61,393 nt of DNA from an uncultured Bacilli bacterium (GCA_947627675.1 CANQWY010000003.1:1-61393), one strand, 5' to 3'. Positions 10,007 to 18,189 are shown, counted from the first letter of the stretch. Translations and numbers: made by a program. Notes: generated by a model not told the origin, from the sequence alone.

Positions 10007-10726
10007 ATGTCGTTTAAATATCGGTATAGAAAACAAATAATTATTTGCTTGATAATTTTTTTAATATTAGGAAGTGGAATAGGTGGTTTGTTCTTTTTTA
10101 ATAAGAATTTTAAGAAATCAGTCAAAAAAGAAAAAGTAGTTCTTTCAAGTGAAAAGACCCCTGCTATTAAAAAAACAGCTACTAATAAAACAGATACTAA
10201 TAATAAAAAAATATTAAAAGTAGATATAAAAGGTGAAGTTATAAATCCTGGTTTGTATTCCTTAGAAGAAGGAAATAGAGTTAGTGATGTTATTCAAATG
10301 GCTGGTGGTCTCTCTGAAAATGGTGATACGACAGTTATTAATTTAAGTAAAAAAATAAAAGATGAAATGGTTATTATAATTTATAGTAAAGCAGAAGTTG
10401 AAGATTTTAAAAAGACAACTGAAATTATGGAACAAGTAATTGATAATTGTAAAAATAGTTACGAAGGTATTAGAAACGATGCTTGCATTGAATCTAATGA
10501 AACAGAAACAAATAATGAGTTTTCAGATTCTAATAATTTGATTTCTATTAATAATGCTACTTTAGAAGAATTACAAACCTTGCCAGGAATAGGGGAAGCC
10601 AAAGCCCAAAATATTATTAAATATCGAGAAGAACATGGCTTGTTTTCTGATATAAATGAACTTAAAAATATTGATGGTATAGGAGATAGTATCTTTGATA
10701 AGATTAAGGAAAATATTACTTTGTAA
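10007..10726 (+). CDS. comEA: Competence protein ComEA (SLBB plus helix-hairpin-helix DNA receptor)
   Basis: KVDIKGEVINPGLYSLEEGNRVSDVIQMAGG and INNATLEELQTLPGIGEAKAQNIIKYREEHGLF. ATG 10007 follows GGAGG. Confidence 0.9.
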   Translation: MSFKYRYRKQIIICLIIFLILGSGIGGLFFFNKNFKKSVKKEKVVLSSEKTPAIKKTATNKTDTNNKKILKVDIKGEVINPGLYSLEEGNRVSDVIQMAGGLSENGDTTVINLSKKIKDEMVIIIYSKAEVEDFKKTTEIMEQVIDNCKNSYEGIRNDACIESNETETNNEFSDSNNLISINNATLEELQTLPGIGEAKAQNIIKYREEHGLFSDINELKNIDGIGDSIFDKIKENITL

Positions 10727-12236
10727 TTATTTATATTATATATTCCTTCTATTTGTAATATTATTTTCTATAATTAGGATAAATGCTATACATAGAAGTA
10801 ATTATACTTCTAAAAGTAATAAGTTTATTGGTATTATTACTAATATTAAAATTGATGGAGATCTTTTACAATTTACTTTAAAAGATAAAAATAATGAAAT
10901 GGTAAAGGCTAATTATTTTTTTAAGAATTTGAAAGAAAAAAATAAATATCAATACTTTTTTAAACTGGGAGATAAAATAGAATTAAAAGCTAAGTTTATT
11001 AAAATTACTAAAACAACAACTAAAAACATTTTTAATTATCAAGAATATGCAATGAGAAAAAATATGTTTTATAATTTAGAAATTAATACCATTATTAAGA
11101 TTAGTGATAATAATAATTTTGTTTATTTTTTTAAAAATTTTATTTATGATTATTTTAATAATTTTAAAAATAGTAAATATTTAAAGCTTCTTTTATTAGG
11201 AGATAAAACTTATATAGATGAAGAAATTATATCTTCATTTAGAGAGAATGGTATTAGTCACTTATTTGCAATTAGTGGTATGCATGTTGGAATAATTACT
11301 TCTTTAATTTTAAATATTTTAAATGCCTTTAAAATTAGAGAAGAAAAAAGATATTTGATAGTATCTATATTTCTTTTTATTTACTTATTTTTAGTTGGAT
11401 CTTCTGCGTCCATAATGAGAGCTTTTTTATTTTTTGTCTTGATTAGTATTAACAAAATTTATTATTTTTATATAGATAATATTTATTTGTTTATTTTAAC
11501 ATTTTCGATAACCCTTTTAATAAATCCATTTTATATATATGATGTTGGTTTTCAATATTCTTTTTTAATAAGTTTTACGCTAATATTATCAAGCAATATT
11601 TTAAATAAATGTAATTCATATTTTATAAATTTATTTTTTACTTCTAGTATTAGTTTTTTCTCTAGTTTACCTATTACTTTATATCATTTTAATCAAATAA
11701 ATTTGTTGAGTATATTTTATAATTTATTTTTTGTCCCTTTAGTGACTTTACTTCTATTTCCTTTATCAATTATTATTTTAATATTACCATTTCTAGGTTT
11801 CATATATAATTTTTTAATATTAGTATTAGAGAAAAGTTCTTTATTTTTAAGTAGTATTGATACCTTTAAATTTATATTTGGTAAAATAAATATCTCTTTT
11901 TATTTTATTTATTATATTTTATTTTTTATGTTTTTGAAATACTATAAAAAGATATTTTTAATTATATTTTTCCTTATATTAATATTTCATTACTTTTTTT
12001 ATTCAATTTTTGATAGTGATTATTTAGTAATGCTAGATATTGGCCAAGGTGATAGTTTCATTATGCATAGTAAAAACAAAACTATTATGATTGATACAGG
12101 TGGTAAGGTAGTTTATACAAGTAAAAAATGGGCTAAGAAAAGTAAAAGCTCTATAGTATCAAATATAACAATTCCATATTTAAAAAGTAAAGGGATTAAA
12201 AAAATAGATTTTTTGGTACTTACTCATGGACATTGA
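10695..12236 (+). CDS. comEC: ComEC/Rec2 DNA-uptake channel, 5' portion interrupted by a prophage
   Basis: Polytopic ORF with GISHLFAISGMHVG, then the start of the MBL domain (MLDIGQGDSFIM...FLVLTHGH). The frame runs into phage DNA and stops at TGA 12234-12236, and resumes in frame at 50256. Confidence 0.9.
   Translation: MIRLRKILLCNYLYYIFLLFVILFSIIRINAIHRSNYTSKSNKFIGIITNIKIDGDLLQFTLKDKNNEMVKANYFFKNLKEKNKYQYFFKLGDKIELKAKFIKITKTTTKNIFNYQEYAMRKNMFYNLEINTIIKISDNNNFVYFFKNFIYDYFNNFKNSKYLKLLLLGDKTYIDEEIISSFRENGISHLFAISGMHVGIITSLILNILNAFKIREEKRYLIVSIFLFIYLFLVGSSASIMRAFLFFVLISINKIYYFYIDNIYLFILTFSITLLINPFYIYDVGFQYSFLISFTLILSSNILNKCNSYFINLFFTSSISFFSSLPITLYHFNQINLLSIFYNLFFVPLVTLLLFPLSIIILILPFLGFIYNFLILVLEKSSLFLSSIDTFKFIFGKINISFYFIYYILFFMFLKYYKKIFLIIFFLILIFHYFFYSIFDSDYLVMLDIGQGDSFIMHSKNKTIMIDTGGKVVYTSKKWAKKSKSSIVSNITIPYLKSKGIKKIDFLVLTHGH
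12225..12229. other. attL core (CATGG shared with attR)
   Basis: ...CTTACTCATGG|ACATTGAGTGTTACGCACACG; this is the only identity shared by the two junctions. Confidence 0.7.
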
Positions 12237-12252
12237 GTGTTACGCACACGAT

Positions 12253-13671
12253 TTATTTAAAAAAAACATGCCAATTATTTAAAGGATCTTCTTCATCTTG
12301 AACGATATGATCAATATACTCATACCAGAATAATCTTTTATTTTCACGTGTAAGTTTATTATATAAGTCCAAAGCATTATTAGATTTTAGTATTTTTTTA
12401 TATTTTTCTAAGTTTCTTTTTTTTATAGAAATATCACTCGAATCCAATTCTTGTATTTTTGTTTGAGTGGCATTATAATCGTTGTCATATTTCTCTTTTG
12501 TAATGCGGCCATCAAGATAAAGTTCATTAAGACGCTCTAATTTATCTTTTAATCGTTCTATTTTGTTAATATCTCTATTTGTACCTTGTTTTTCTTCGAC
12601 AGACTCAACAGAAATAACATAATCGTTTAGCATAATCAAAAAATTAGAAATAAGCCATTTTTCTAATTTATCCTCATTGACTGTATGATTATTAGAACAT
12701 CGACAATCAAGAAAATGATAGCAGCATTTATAAGTGCCATAGCGAATATGAGTACCATCTGCATGATTTCGTAAGGCTCTTGAACCACTCATTCTTCTAT
12801 CACAACAATAGCACTTAATAAGACCAGAAAAAATAAAGAGATGGTCGGAATGCGTATTAGATTTATGATTCTTATTAATTAAATCTATTATTTTTTGATG
12901 TCGTTCTTTTGAAATGTAGGGCTCGCAATATTCTTCAACTCCACGATAAACACCATGATACATACTATTTTTTAGCATGTGTTTAACTCTTTCATAAAGT
13001 ATAGGTCGTTGCGGATAATTATCATGTAAATATTTAGTAGTAGCACGAAGAGAAAGTGTTTCTTCAAATTTATCAAACATATCAATAGCCATTTGTGCTA
13101 GTTCTGGATCCTTAACAACTCTTTTATTTTGCTTTTCTCCCTCAATTTTATAGCCTATAGGAAGCGCACCAGAAATAGGTCGTTTATTGCGGACCATATT
13201 TTCAAAATTAAATTTAATTCTATCTGATGTTTGATCTGATTCGTTTTGAGCAATAGATAATTTAATATTAAGATATAAGCGACCGTTAGATGTAGATGTA
13301 TTAAATTCTTCATCAGAACATTCCCAATCAACGTTGTATTTATCTAATAAATCTTGGATACGATAATAATCTGCTACATTACGAAACCATCTATCAAGTC
13401 GCCAAATAATAATCCTATCGATTTTATCAGATTTGATATCATCAAGTAAGCGAAGAAGTTCTTTACGATTAGATATTTTTGTACGAGCAGATTTTCCCTC
13501 ATCGGCATAAATATCAACAATCTGGTAATTATGATTATTAGCCCATTCAATAAGTCTAGCCTTTTGACTTTCAATAGAGTAACCATGTTTTGCTTGCTCT
13601 TCTGTGGATACTCTAATGTATATTGCAACACGTATTATTTTATCCTTTATATTTTTATTAATTTTAGTCAT
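12253..13671 (-). CDS. int: Large serine recombinase (prophage integrase)
   Basis: N-terminal resolvase catalytic motif VAIYIRVSTEEQ...GYSIESQ, recombinase domain, Cys-rich zinc ribbon (CYCCDRRMSG...YKCCYH), C-terminal coiled coil. ATG 13671 follows GGGAGTG. Confidence 0.95.
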   Translation of the reverse strand: MTKINKNIKDKIIRVAIYIRVSTEEQAKHGYSIESQKARLIEWANNHNYQIVDIYADEGKSARTKISNRKELLRLLDDIKSDKIDRIIIWRLDRWFRNVADYYRIQDLLDKYNVDWECSDEEFNTSTSNGRLYLNIKLSIAQNESDQTSDRIKFNFENMVRNKRPISGALPIGYKIEGEKQNKRVVKDPELAQMAIDMFDKFEETLSLRATTKYLHDNYPQRPILYERVKHMLKNSMYHGVYRGVEEYCEPYISKERHQKIIDLINKNHKSNTHSDHLFIFSGLIKCYCCDRRMSGSRALRNHADGTHIRYGTYKCCYHFLDCRCSNNHTVNEDKLEKWLISNFLIMLNDYVISVESVEEKQGTNRDINKIERLKDKLERLNELYLDGRITKEKYDNDYNATQTKIQELDSSDISIKKRNLEKYKKILKSNNALDLYNKLTRENKRLFWYEYIDHIVQDEEDPLNNWHVFFK

Positions 13672-13689
13672 TAAAATCACTCCCAATTA

Positions 13690-13718
13690 TTGCGAAAATT
13701 TCTAATAAATGTTATAAT
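13690..13718 (+). promoter_or_regulatory. Sigma-A-type promoter (TTGCGA-17 nt-TATAAT) pointing away from int
   Basis: TTGCGA 13690-13695, exact 17-nt spacer, TATAAT 13713-13718. Confidence 0.55.
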
Positions 13719-13725
13719 TGAGGTA

Positions 13726-13816
13726 CACAAAAAAGAATTTTCGTGCTAGATTATTTTTTATTTGTGTACCTCTTTTTGAGGGTAGACTCATTGTTCGCTG
13801 CAATGGGTCTTTTTTA
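13726..13816 (+). ncRNA. Candidate ~90-nt small RNA: 12-bp hairpin with 29-nt loop, followed by an intrinsic terminator
   Basis: Hairpin 1: GAGGTACACAAA 13720-13731 / TTTGTGTACCTC 13761-13772, then T5. Hairpin 2: AGACTCATTG 13784-13793 / CAATGGGTCT 13801-13810, then T6. It starts right after the promoter at 13690, and no ORF is present. Confidence 0.35.
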
Positions 13817-13882
13817 TATTTCATTTTTAGTTTAGATTAATATACTATATAATATATCCCATAGAAAGGGGGAGGCAAAGCA

Positions 13883-13969
13883 ATGGATTTTTATTATTTT
13901 TATTATGAAATTTTAGATCTTAAAATAGATCCTTTAATATTGCTGTACTACATTGAATACTATTTATAA
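13883..13969 (+). CDS. 28-aa Tyr-rich small ORF (MDFYYFYYEILDLKIDPLILLYYIEYYL)
   Basis: A very strong SD (AAGGGGGAGG) lies 7 nt upstream of the ATG. Convergent with the repressor gene. No homology recognised. Confidence 0.3.
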   Translation: MDFYYFYYEILDLKIDPLILLYYIEYYL

Positions 13970-13980
13970 TATTCTTTTTT

Positions 13981-14358
13981 TTATTTTTTCATAATAAAGT
14001 TTTTGTTGGCTTTTGCAAATTCTATCAGTTTATTAAAATCATCTTCTGTCATTTCTTCGTTATCGTCTAAGAAACCCTTTCTTTTTAAGAAATCTTTTAA
14101 TAATTCTTGTTCTTCTTTTTCAGTTAATTTTTTTCTTTCACTTTTCATTGGTACATCAAAACCCATAAGCCAAATTTCATCTACATCAAAAAATTCTGCT
14201 AACAATGTTAGACTATCCTGTTTTGCTTTATAAGTACCAGAAATCCAATGACTTATTTGCGATTTGCTAATACCAGTTTTTTCCGATAGTTCAATAGATT
14301 TTATATTATTAAGATCCATTATTTTTTTTAATCGATTAGCAAATGTGTCAACTAGCAT
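13981..14358 (-). CDS. CI-like XRE-family repressor
   Basis: HTH_3 motif NIKSIELSEKTGISKSQISHWISG. Divergent from a cro-like gene. ATG 14358 lies 6 nt after GAGGTGAT; the ORF-track N-terminal extension is unlikely. Confidence 0.85.
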   Translation of the reverse strand: MLVDTFANRLKKIMDLNNIKSIELSEKTGISKSQISHWISGTYKAKQDSLTLLAEFFDVDEIWLMGFDVPMKSERKKLTEKEEQELLKDFLKRKGFLDDNEEMTEDDFNKLIEFAKANKNFIMKK

Positions 14359-14391
14359 TGTCATCACCTCATAAATTATTATATACAAAAA

Positions 14392-14509
14392 GTTGGGAAA
14401 AAACAACATAAATTGAATAGAAAACAAAAAAAGTTGGGAAAAGTTAAATTATTTTGTTGACAAGAAAAAAATTTAATGCTAACATTAAACTAGGTTGGGA
14501 AAACCCAAA
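14392..14509. promoter_or_regulatory. Immunity switch region: three GTTGGGAAAA operator copies and a rightward promoter TTGACA-17-TAACAT
   Basis: GTTGGGAAAA at 14392, 14433 and 14494. The third copy is the inverted repeat GTTGGG-AAAA-CCCAAC. TTGACA 14457-14462, TAACAT 14480-14485. A fourth copy lies at 14750-14759. Confidence 0.65.
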
Positions 14510-14527
14510 CTGAACGGAGGTGATAAA

Positions 14528-14788
14528 ATGAAAAGAAGTTATGATTATTCCAAATTAAGAGGACGAATTGTTGAAAAACTAGGATCTATCAAGAAATATG
14601 CGGAATTATTAAACTTATCTGATACATCAATTTCAAATAAATTAAGTAATAGAACACCATTTAATCAAGACGAAATATTAAGAAGTGTCGAATCAGATGT
14701 ATTGGATATTGATGTAATGGAAATCCCTAAATATTTTTTTATGCAAAAAGTTGGGAAAATCCAAACAATCAAAGAAGATAATTTATAA
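14528..14788 (+). CDS. Cro-like early regulator (DUF739-type HTH)
   Basis: MKRSYDYSKLRGRIVEKLGSIKKYAELLNLSDTSISNKLSNRTPF...IPKYFF is a typical Firmicute phage Cro analogue. ATG 14528 follows GGAGGTGA. Confidence 0.7.
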   Translation: MKRSYDYSKLRGRIVEKLGSIKKYAELLNLSDTSISNKLSNRTPFNQDEILRSVESDVLDIDVMEIPKYFFMQKVGKIQTIKEDNL

Positions 14789-14818
14789 AAATAGCACGAA
14801 AATTCTACGGAGGTAGTT

Positions 14819-14947
14819 ATGGAAAGTAAAGAAACTACTAATAAAAATGTATTAATTGATAAGAGAGAAGATATTATAAAATTCCTAATTATATTATATG
14901 AAAATCAAGAAAAAATAAAACTTTCTTATCGATTACAAAAATCATAG
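14819..14947 (+). CDS. 42-aa small ORF downstream of cro
   Basis: ATG 14819 lies 6 nt after GGAGG (14808-12). Below the ORF-track cutoff. Its SD abuts the 15-nt sequence complementary to the sRNA loop. Confidence 0.35.
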   Translation: MESKETTNKNVLIDKREDIIKFLIILYENQEKIKLSYRLQKS

Positions 14948-15007
14948 AGGAGGAACGCAGATGAAAAAATAAAAATATTTTATGTAAAAAAATTTGGAGG
15001 TATCAAA

Positions 15008-15274
15008 GTGTTTAAAATCATAATAGGAATGATAATAGGTATCATTTTAACTTTAATAATTTTAGCAATTCAACATTATTTAAAAGATAATAACTTGAGA
15101 ATAAATTGGAAGAACGTACTTATTGCATTAGGCGTAATTTTAATTATAGTTTGGTTAATTTACAATTTTATGAGTTTAACAATTGGACCAGAATATACTA
15201 AATCAAATGGTAACATATGTAAAGGTTATAGATATGGATTAAAAATTTGTTGGGGCGATATAAATGTTGAATAA
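15008..15274 (+). CDS. Small two-TM membrane protein
   Basis: GTG start after GGAGG. Two hydrophobic helices (IIIGMIIGIILTLIILAI, ALGVILIIVWLIYNF). Confidence 0.5.
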   Translation: MFKIIIGMIIGIILTLIILAIQHYLKDNNLRINWKNVLIALGVILIIVWLIYNFMSLTIGPEYTKSNGNICKGYRYGLKICWGDINVE

Positions 15275-15411
15275 AAAAAGAATTATGAGAAAAACGCAGA
15301 TCTTCATAATTCTATATTGTAAAATTGTAAATTTTATGTAAATTTACTTCTTTAGTATATCAAAGATTAGAGAGTAAATCAATATATGGACAAATTAAGA
15401 GAGGTGGTGTA

Positions 15412-16224
15412 ATGAAAAAAGTAAATAATTATTTTTCACATGATTTTAATGCAAGAAATGATATTAAGCTAAAAAAAGTAATAGCTAATTTAGGAATACA
15501 GGGCATTGGACTTTATTGGTGTATTATCGAATGTTTATATGAAAATAACGGGTATTTATCACTTGATGATATTAAATTATTAGCTTATGAATTAAGAGTT
15601 GATGAGAATTTAATTAAAAATTTAATTAAAAATTTTAATTTATTTAAGATAAATAGTAAGAATAAATTTTACTCTCAAAGTGTTTTGAATAGATTAAATG
15701 AAATAGAAAGTAAGTCACAAAAAAATCGAGAAAATGCTTTAAAACGTTGGAAAAAAAATAATGAAGATGTAATTCAATTGCAAAACAATTGTAATGCGAC
15801 CGCATTGCAAACGGAATGCTATATAAAGAAAAAAAAAATAAAAGAAAAAATAAAAAAAGAAAATAATAATAAATTATTAACTATAACAGAAAAAGATAAT
15901 ATATATAACTATGTTGAAGTTAACTTTGGGAGATTATTATCACCAATTGAGTTAGAAAAAATCAGTCTGTGGTCGTCAGAATATAAAGAAGAAATTTTAA
16001 AATATGCAATTTCAATAGCAGTTATGAATCGTAAAGCAACATTTGCTTACGTAGAAGGTATTTTAAAAAATTGGAAAGCAAAAGGTTTTGAAACATTAGA
16101 TGAAATAAAAGAAAATGATTTATACGGTCTAACAGCAATTCGTAAAAAAGAAAAATCTTTAGATTCTCAAGATGATACGGAAATATTTGATTATAATTGG
16201 TTTGAAGAAGATGAACATGATTAA
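15412..16224 (+). CDS. Phage replication initiation/replisome organiser (DUF4373 N-terminus plus DnaD domain)
   Basis: YFSHDFNARNDIKLKKV...GIQGIGLYWCIIECLYE (Lin1244-like) and C-terminal FGRLLSPIELEKISLW...FAYVEGILKNWKAKG (DnaD). Confidence 0.8.
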   Translation: MKKVNNYFSHDFNARNDIKLKKVIANLGIQGIGLYWCIIECLYENNGYLSLDDIKLLAYELRVDENLIKNLIKNFNLFKINSKNKFYSQSVLNRLNEIESKSQKNRENALKRWKKNNEDVIQLQNNCNATALQTECYIKKKKIKEKIKKENNNKLLTITEKDNIYNYVEVNFGRLLSPIELEKISLWSSEYKEEILKYAISIAVMNRKATFAYVEGILKNWKAKGFETLDEIKENDLYGLTAIRKKEKSLDSQDDTEIFDYNWFEEDEHD

Positions 16225-16333
16225 AAAATTAAGATAGCTATATATAATGTCAAAAAAATTTAAAATATCAATTTTTTTCAAAAGTATATTTAGTTGAATG
16301 TTTAATTTTAATATTTAAAGAAAGGAATTAATT

Positions 16334-16888
16334 ATGTTTAGAAGTTTTAATGATTGGCTATCTTTAAAAGTTGATTTGTTTAAAGAAAATATAAGTATTA
16401 AATTTTCTGGATATAAAGAACTTTGGAAACAGCAAAATATAGAACTAGATCACATGCGTCTTAATAGGAATAAAGAAAAAACGAGATATGAAAATATTAT
16501 TAAAACCAAAAATAGTGATATTATACAGTTACAATTAAAACAAGATGTTTTGAAAAATAAATTAAGTAAAATTGAAGAAAAGCATGAAAAGTATAAAATC
16601 AAAAGTGAGAAAGAATATTTGGATCTTATGAATAAGTATCAGGATGTTACTTTAAAACTTCAAGATGTAGTTTTAAAAAAAAGAAAATTGGCTTCAAGTA
16701 AAGGTGGCCTAAATTCAAAAATAAGATATCAAGAACAAAAAATCAAAAAATATGAAACAGAAAATAAAGAAATTAAAAAATTATTGCAAAAAATTATTCA
16801 AGAAAGTAAGAGAAAACTTACCTCCGCTACTCGTAAAGAATTAGAAGATTATAATTTATTTGGCAATAGGAAAGGAAAAAGAAGATGA
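16334..16888 (+). CDS. Coiled-coil early protein, function unknown
   Basis: Lys/Glu-rich heptad-like sequence. Overlaps the next gene with ATGA. Confidence 0.5.
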   Translation: MFRSFNDWLSLKVDLFKENISIKFSGYKELWKQQNIELDHMRLNRNKEKTRYENIIKTKNSDIIQLQLKQDVLKNKLSKIEEKHEKYKIKSEKEYLDLMNKYQDVTLKLQDVVLKKRKLASSKGGLNSKIRYQEQKIKKYETENKEIKKLLQKIIQESKRKLTSATRKELEDYNLFGNRKGKRR

Positions 16889-17187
16889 ACAGATTTGAAG
16901 TAACTTCAATTAGAGTTAAGAAATTAATTAAAAATGAAGATTCTAATATCGTGGGAACAGCAAGTATTGTAATAAATGGATCATTTCTTGTCCATGACAT
17001 TAGAATAATTAATACAAAAAATAAAATGTTCTGTGCAATGCCGTCAAGAATGTTAGAAGATAAAACTTTTATGGATATATGTCATCCATTAAATGCAGAT
17101 ATAAGAAAATATATCGAAAATTTAATATTATCAGAATTTATAAATCTGAGGGAGGGGGAACCAAGTGGAACATTATATACAAAATAA
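16885..17187 (+). CDS. Phage-encoded SpoVG-family nucleic-acid-binding protein
   Basis: FEVTSIRVKKL...GTASIVINGSFLVHDIRIINTKNKMFCAMPSRMLEDKTFMDICHPLNADIRKYI matches the SpoVG core (VHDIRVI...FVAMPSR...DIxHPIN). Confidence 0.8.
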   Translation: MNRFEVTSIRVKKLIKNEDSNIVGTASIVINGSFLVHDIRIINTKNKMFCAMPSRMLEDKTFMDICHPLNADIRKYIENLILSEFINLREGEPSGTLYTK

Positions 17188-17437
17188 AGATTTTAATAAG
17201 CAATCAGCTGATATGTCAATTTTAATTGATTCTAAAAAATTAGAAGAGTATATTTTATCAAAAATATTAAAAATAAAAAGTCCATTATTTAATGTAAAAG
17301 TAAAACAAGAAGAAATTTTAAAAATTATAGTTAGTTTTGATGATAGAAAAGAATGTTTTGAGATATTTAATGTAACACTAGAAGTATTAGATGTAACTAT
17401 CGAAAAAGTAAATAAATATGTGGAGGAAATATGGTAA
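17165..17437 (+). CDS. Hypothetical early protein
   Basis: Co-directional packed ORF with a GTG start after a G-rich SD; no motif recognised. Confidence 0.45.
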   Translation: MEHYIQNKDFNKQSADMSILIDSKKLEEYILSKILKIKSPLFNVKVKQEEILKIIVSFDDRKECFEIFNVTLEVLDVTIEKVNKYVEEIW

Positions 17438-17739
17438 AAGTGGTGTTATTAACGATTATTTATATTTTGATTATTCTAGGATTTTATGTATTAGGCTTTC
17501 TTCTAGGAAAAAATGATGGATACAAAGAAATGAAAGATTTATCAGTAAGTAGTCAAATTAAATGTGAAAGATTAAAAATGATTATTAGAGCCCACCGAAA
17601 CATGTTATTAAGAGAAGAAACTCGATTAAAAGCATTACCTAAAGAGGAACAAAAAAATAATGCTATTGAGTATGTTGATATTAAAGCAAAATTAAAACTT
17701 ATAAGAAAAATTGAGGAGGATATATCTAATGAAATGTAA
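17431..17739 (+). CDS. Hypothetical protein with an N-terminal TM helix
   Basis: ATG after GGAGGAAAT; VVLLTIIYILIILGFYVLGFLL. Confidence 0.5.
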   Translation: MVKVVLLTIIYILIILGFYVLGFLLGKNDGYKEMKDLSVSSQIKCERLKMIIRAHRNMLLREETRLKALPKEEQKNNAIEYVDIKAKLKLIRKIEEDISNEM

Positions 17740-17992
17740 AAAATACGATCAATCCTGGTTTGATAATAAATATATTCAAATATTAAATATGATGTGTACA
17801 CCAGAGAAAAAATTACAAAGATTAAATGATTTTATGAAACTTGCTAAAAAACATGATATTGTTCCAAAAGCTACTATAAGAAGTAAAGAAAAATTTGTTC
17901 GTGAAGATTTTAGAATTCCTAAAACTAGGAGGGCTATTCGTACAATAAAAGCAAGTCTTAAAAGAAAACGAAATAAAAGGCGATTCAAATGA
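17729..17992 (+). CDS. Hypothetical basic protein
   Basis: ATG 17729 lies 9 nt after AGGAGG (17714-19). Lys/Arg-rich C-terminus. Confidence 0.5.
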   Translation: MKCKKYDQSWFDNKYIQILNMMCTPEKKLQRLNDFMKLAKKHDIVPKATIRSKEKFVREDFRIPKTRRAIRTIKASLKRKRNKRRFK

Positions 17993-18189
17993 GTAATATC
18001 AAATATATTGTAGTTTGTAAAAAAGGATACTGTTTTGCTTGTGATGAAGAAACTGTATATGATTTTATAAATGAGCATGGTACAAATATTGCTTATTATA
18101 TTGGATATTTTAAACCAATAACTAATATTGCCGAATTTCTTGGCTTGAATACTAATATAGAAAATTTAGGTAGTGGAATTGAAAAGTAA
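17989..18189 (+). CDS. Hypothetical small protein
   Basis: ATGA overlap with the upstream gene. Confidence 0.45.
   Translation: MSNIKYIVVCKKGYCFACDEETVYDFINEHGTNIAYYIGYFKPITNIAEFLGLNTNIENLGSGIEK

Noticed and set aside
13883-13969. Arbitrium-like (AimP) signalling peptide or type I toxin interpretation of the small ORF near int/cI.
   Set aside because: There is no AimR-like TPR receptor gene anywhere in the prophage. The peptide has no signal sequence and no uninterrupted hydrophobic helix expected of type I toxins. It is kept only as an unexplained small ORF.
14961-14972. AGGAGG-ATG-AAA-AAA-TAA mini-ORF downstream of the 42-aa ORF.
   Set aside because: Three codons only. It could be a leader peptide or coincidence and I have no way to support it. 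The shared AACGCAGAT 9-mer is noted in a finding instead.
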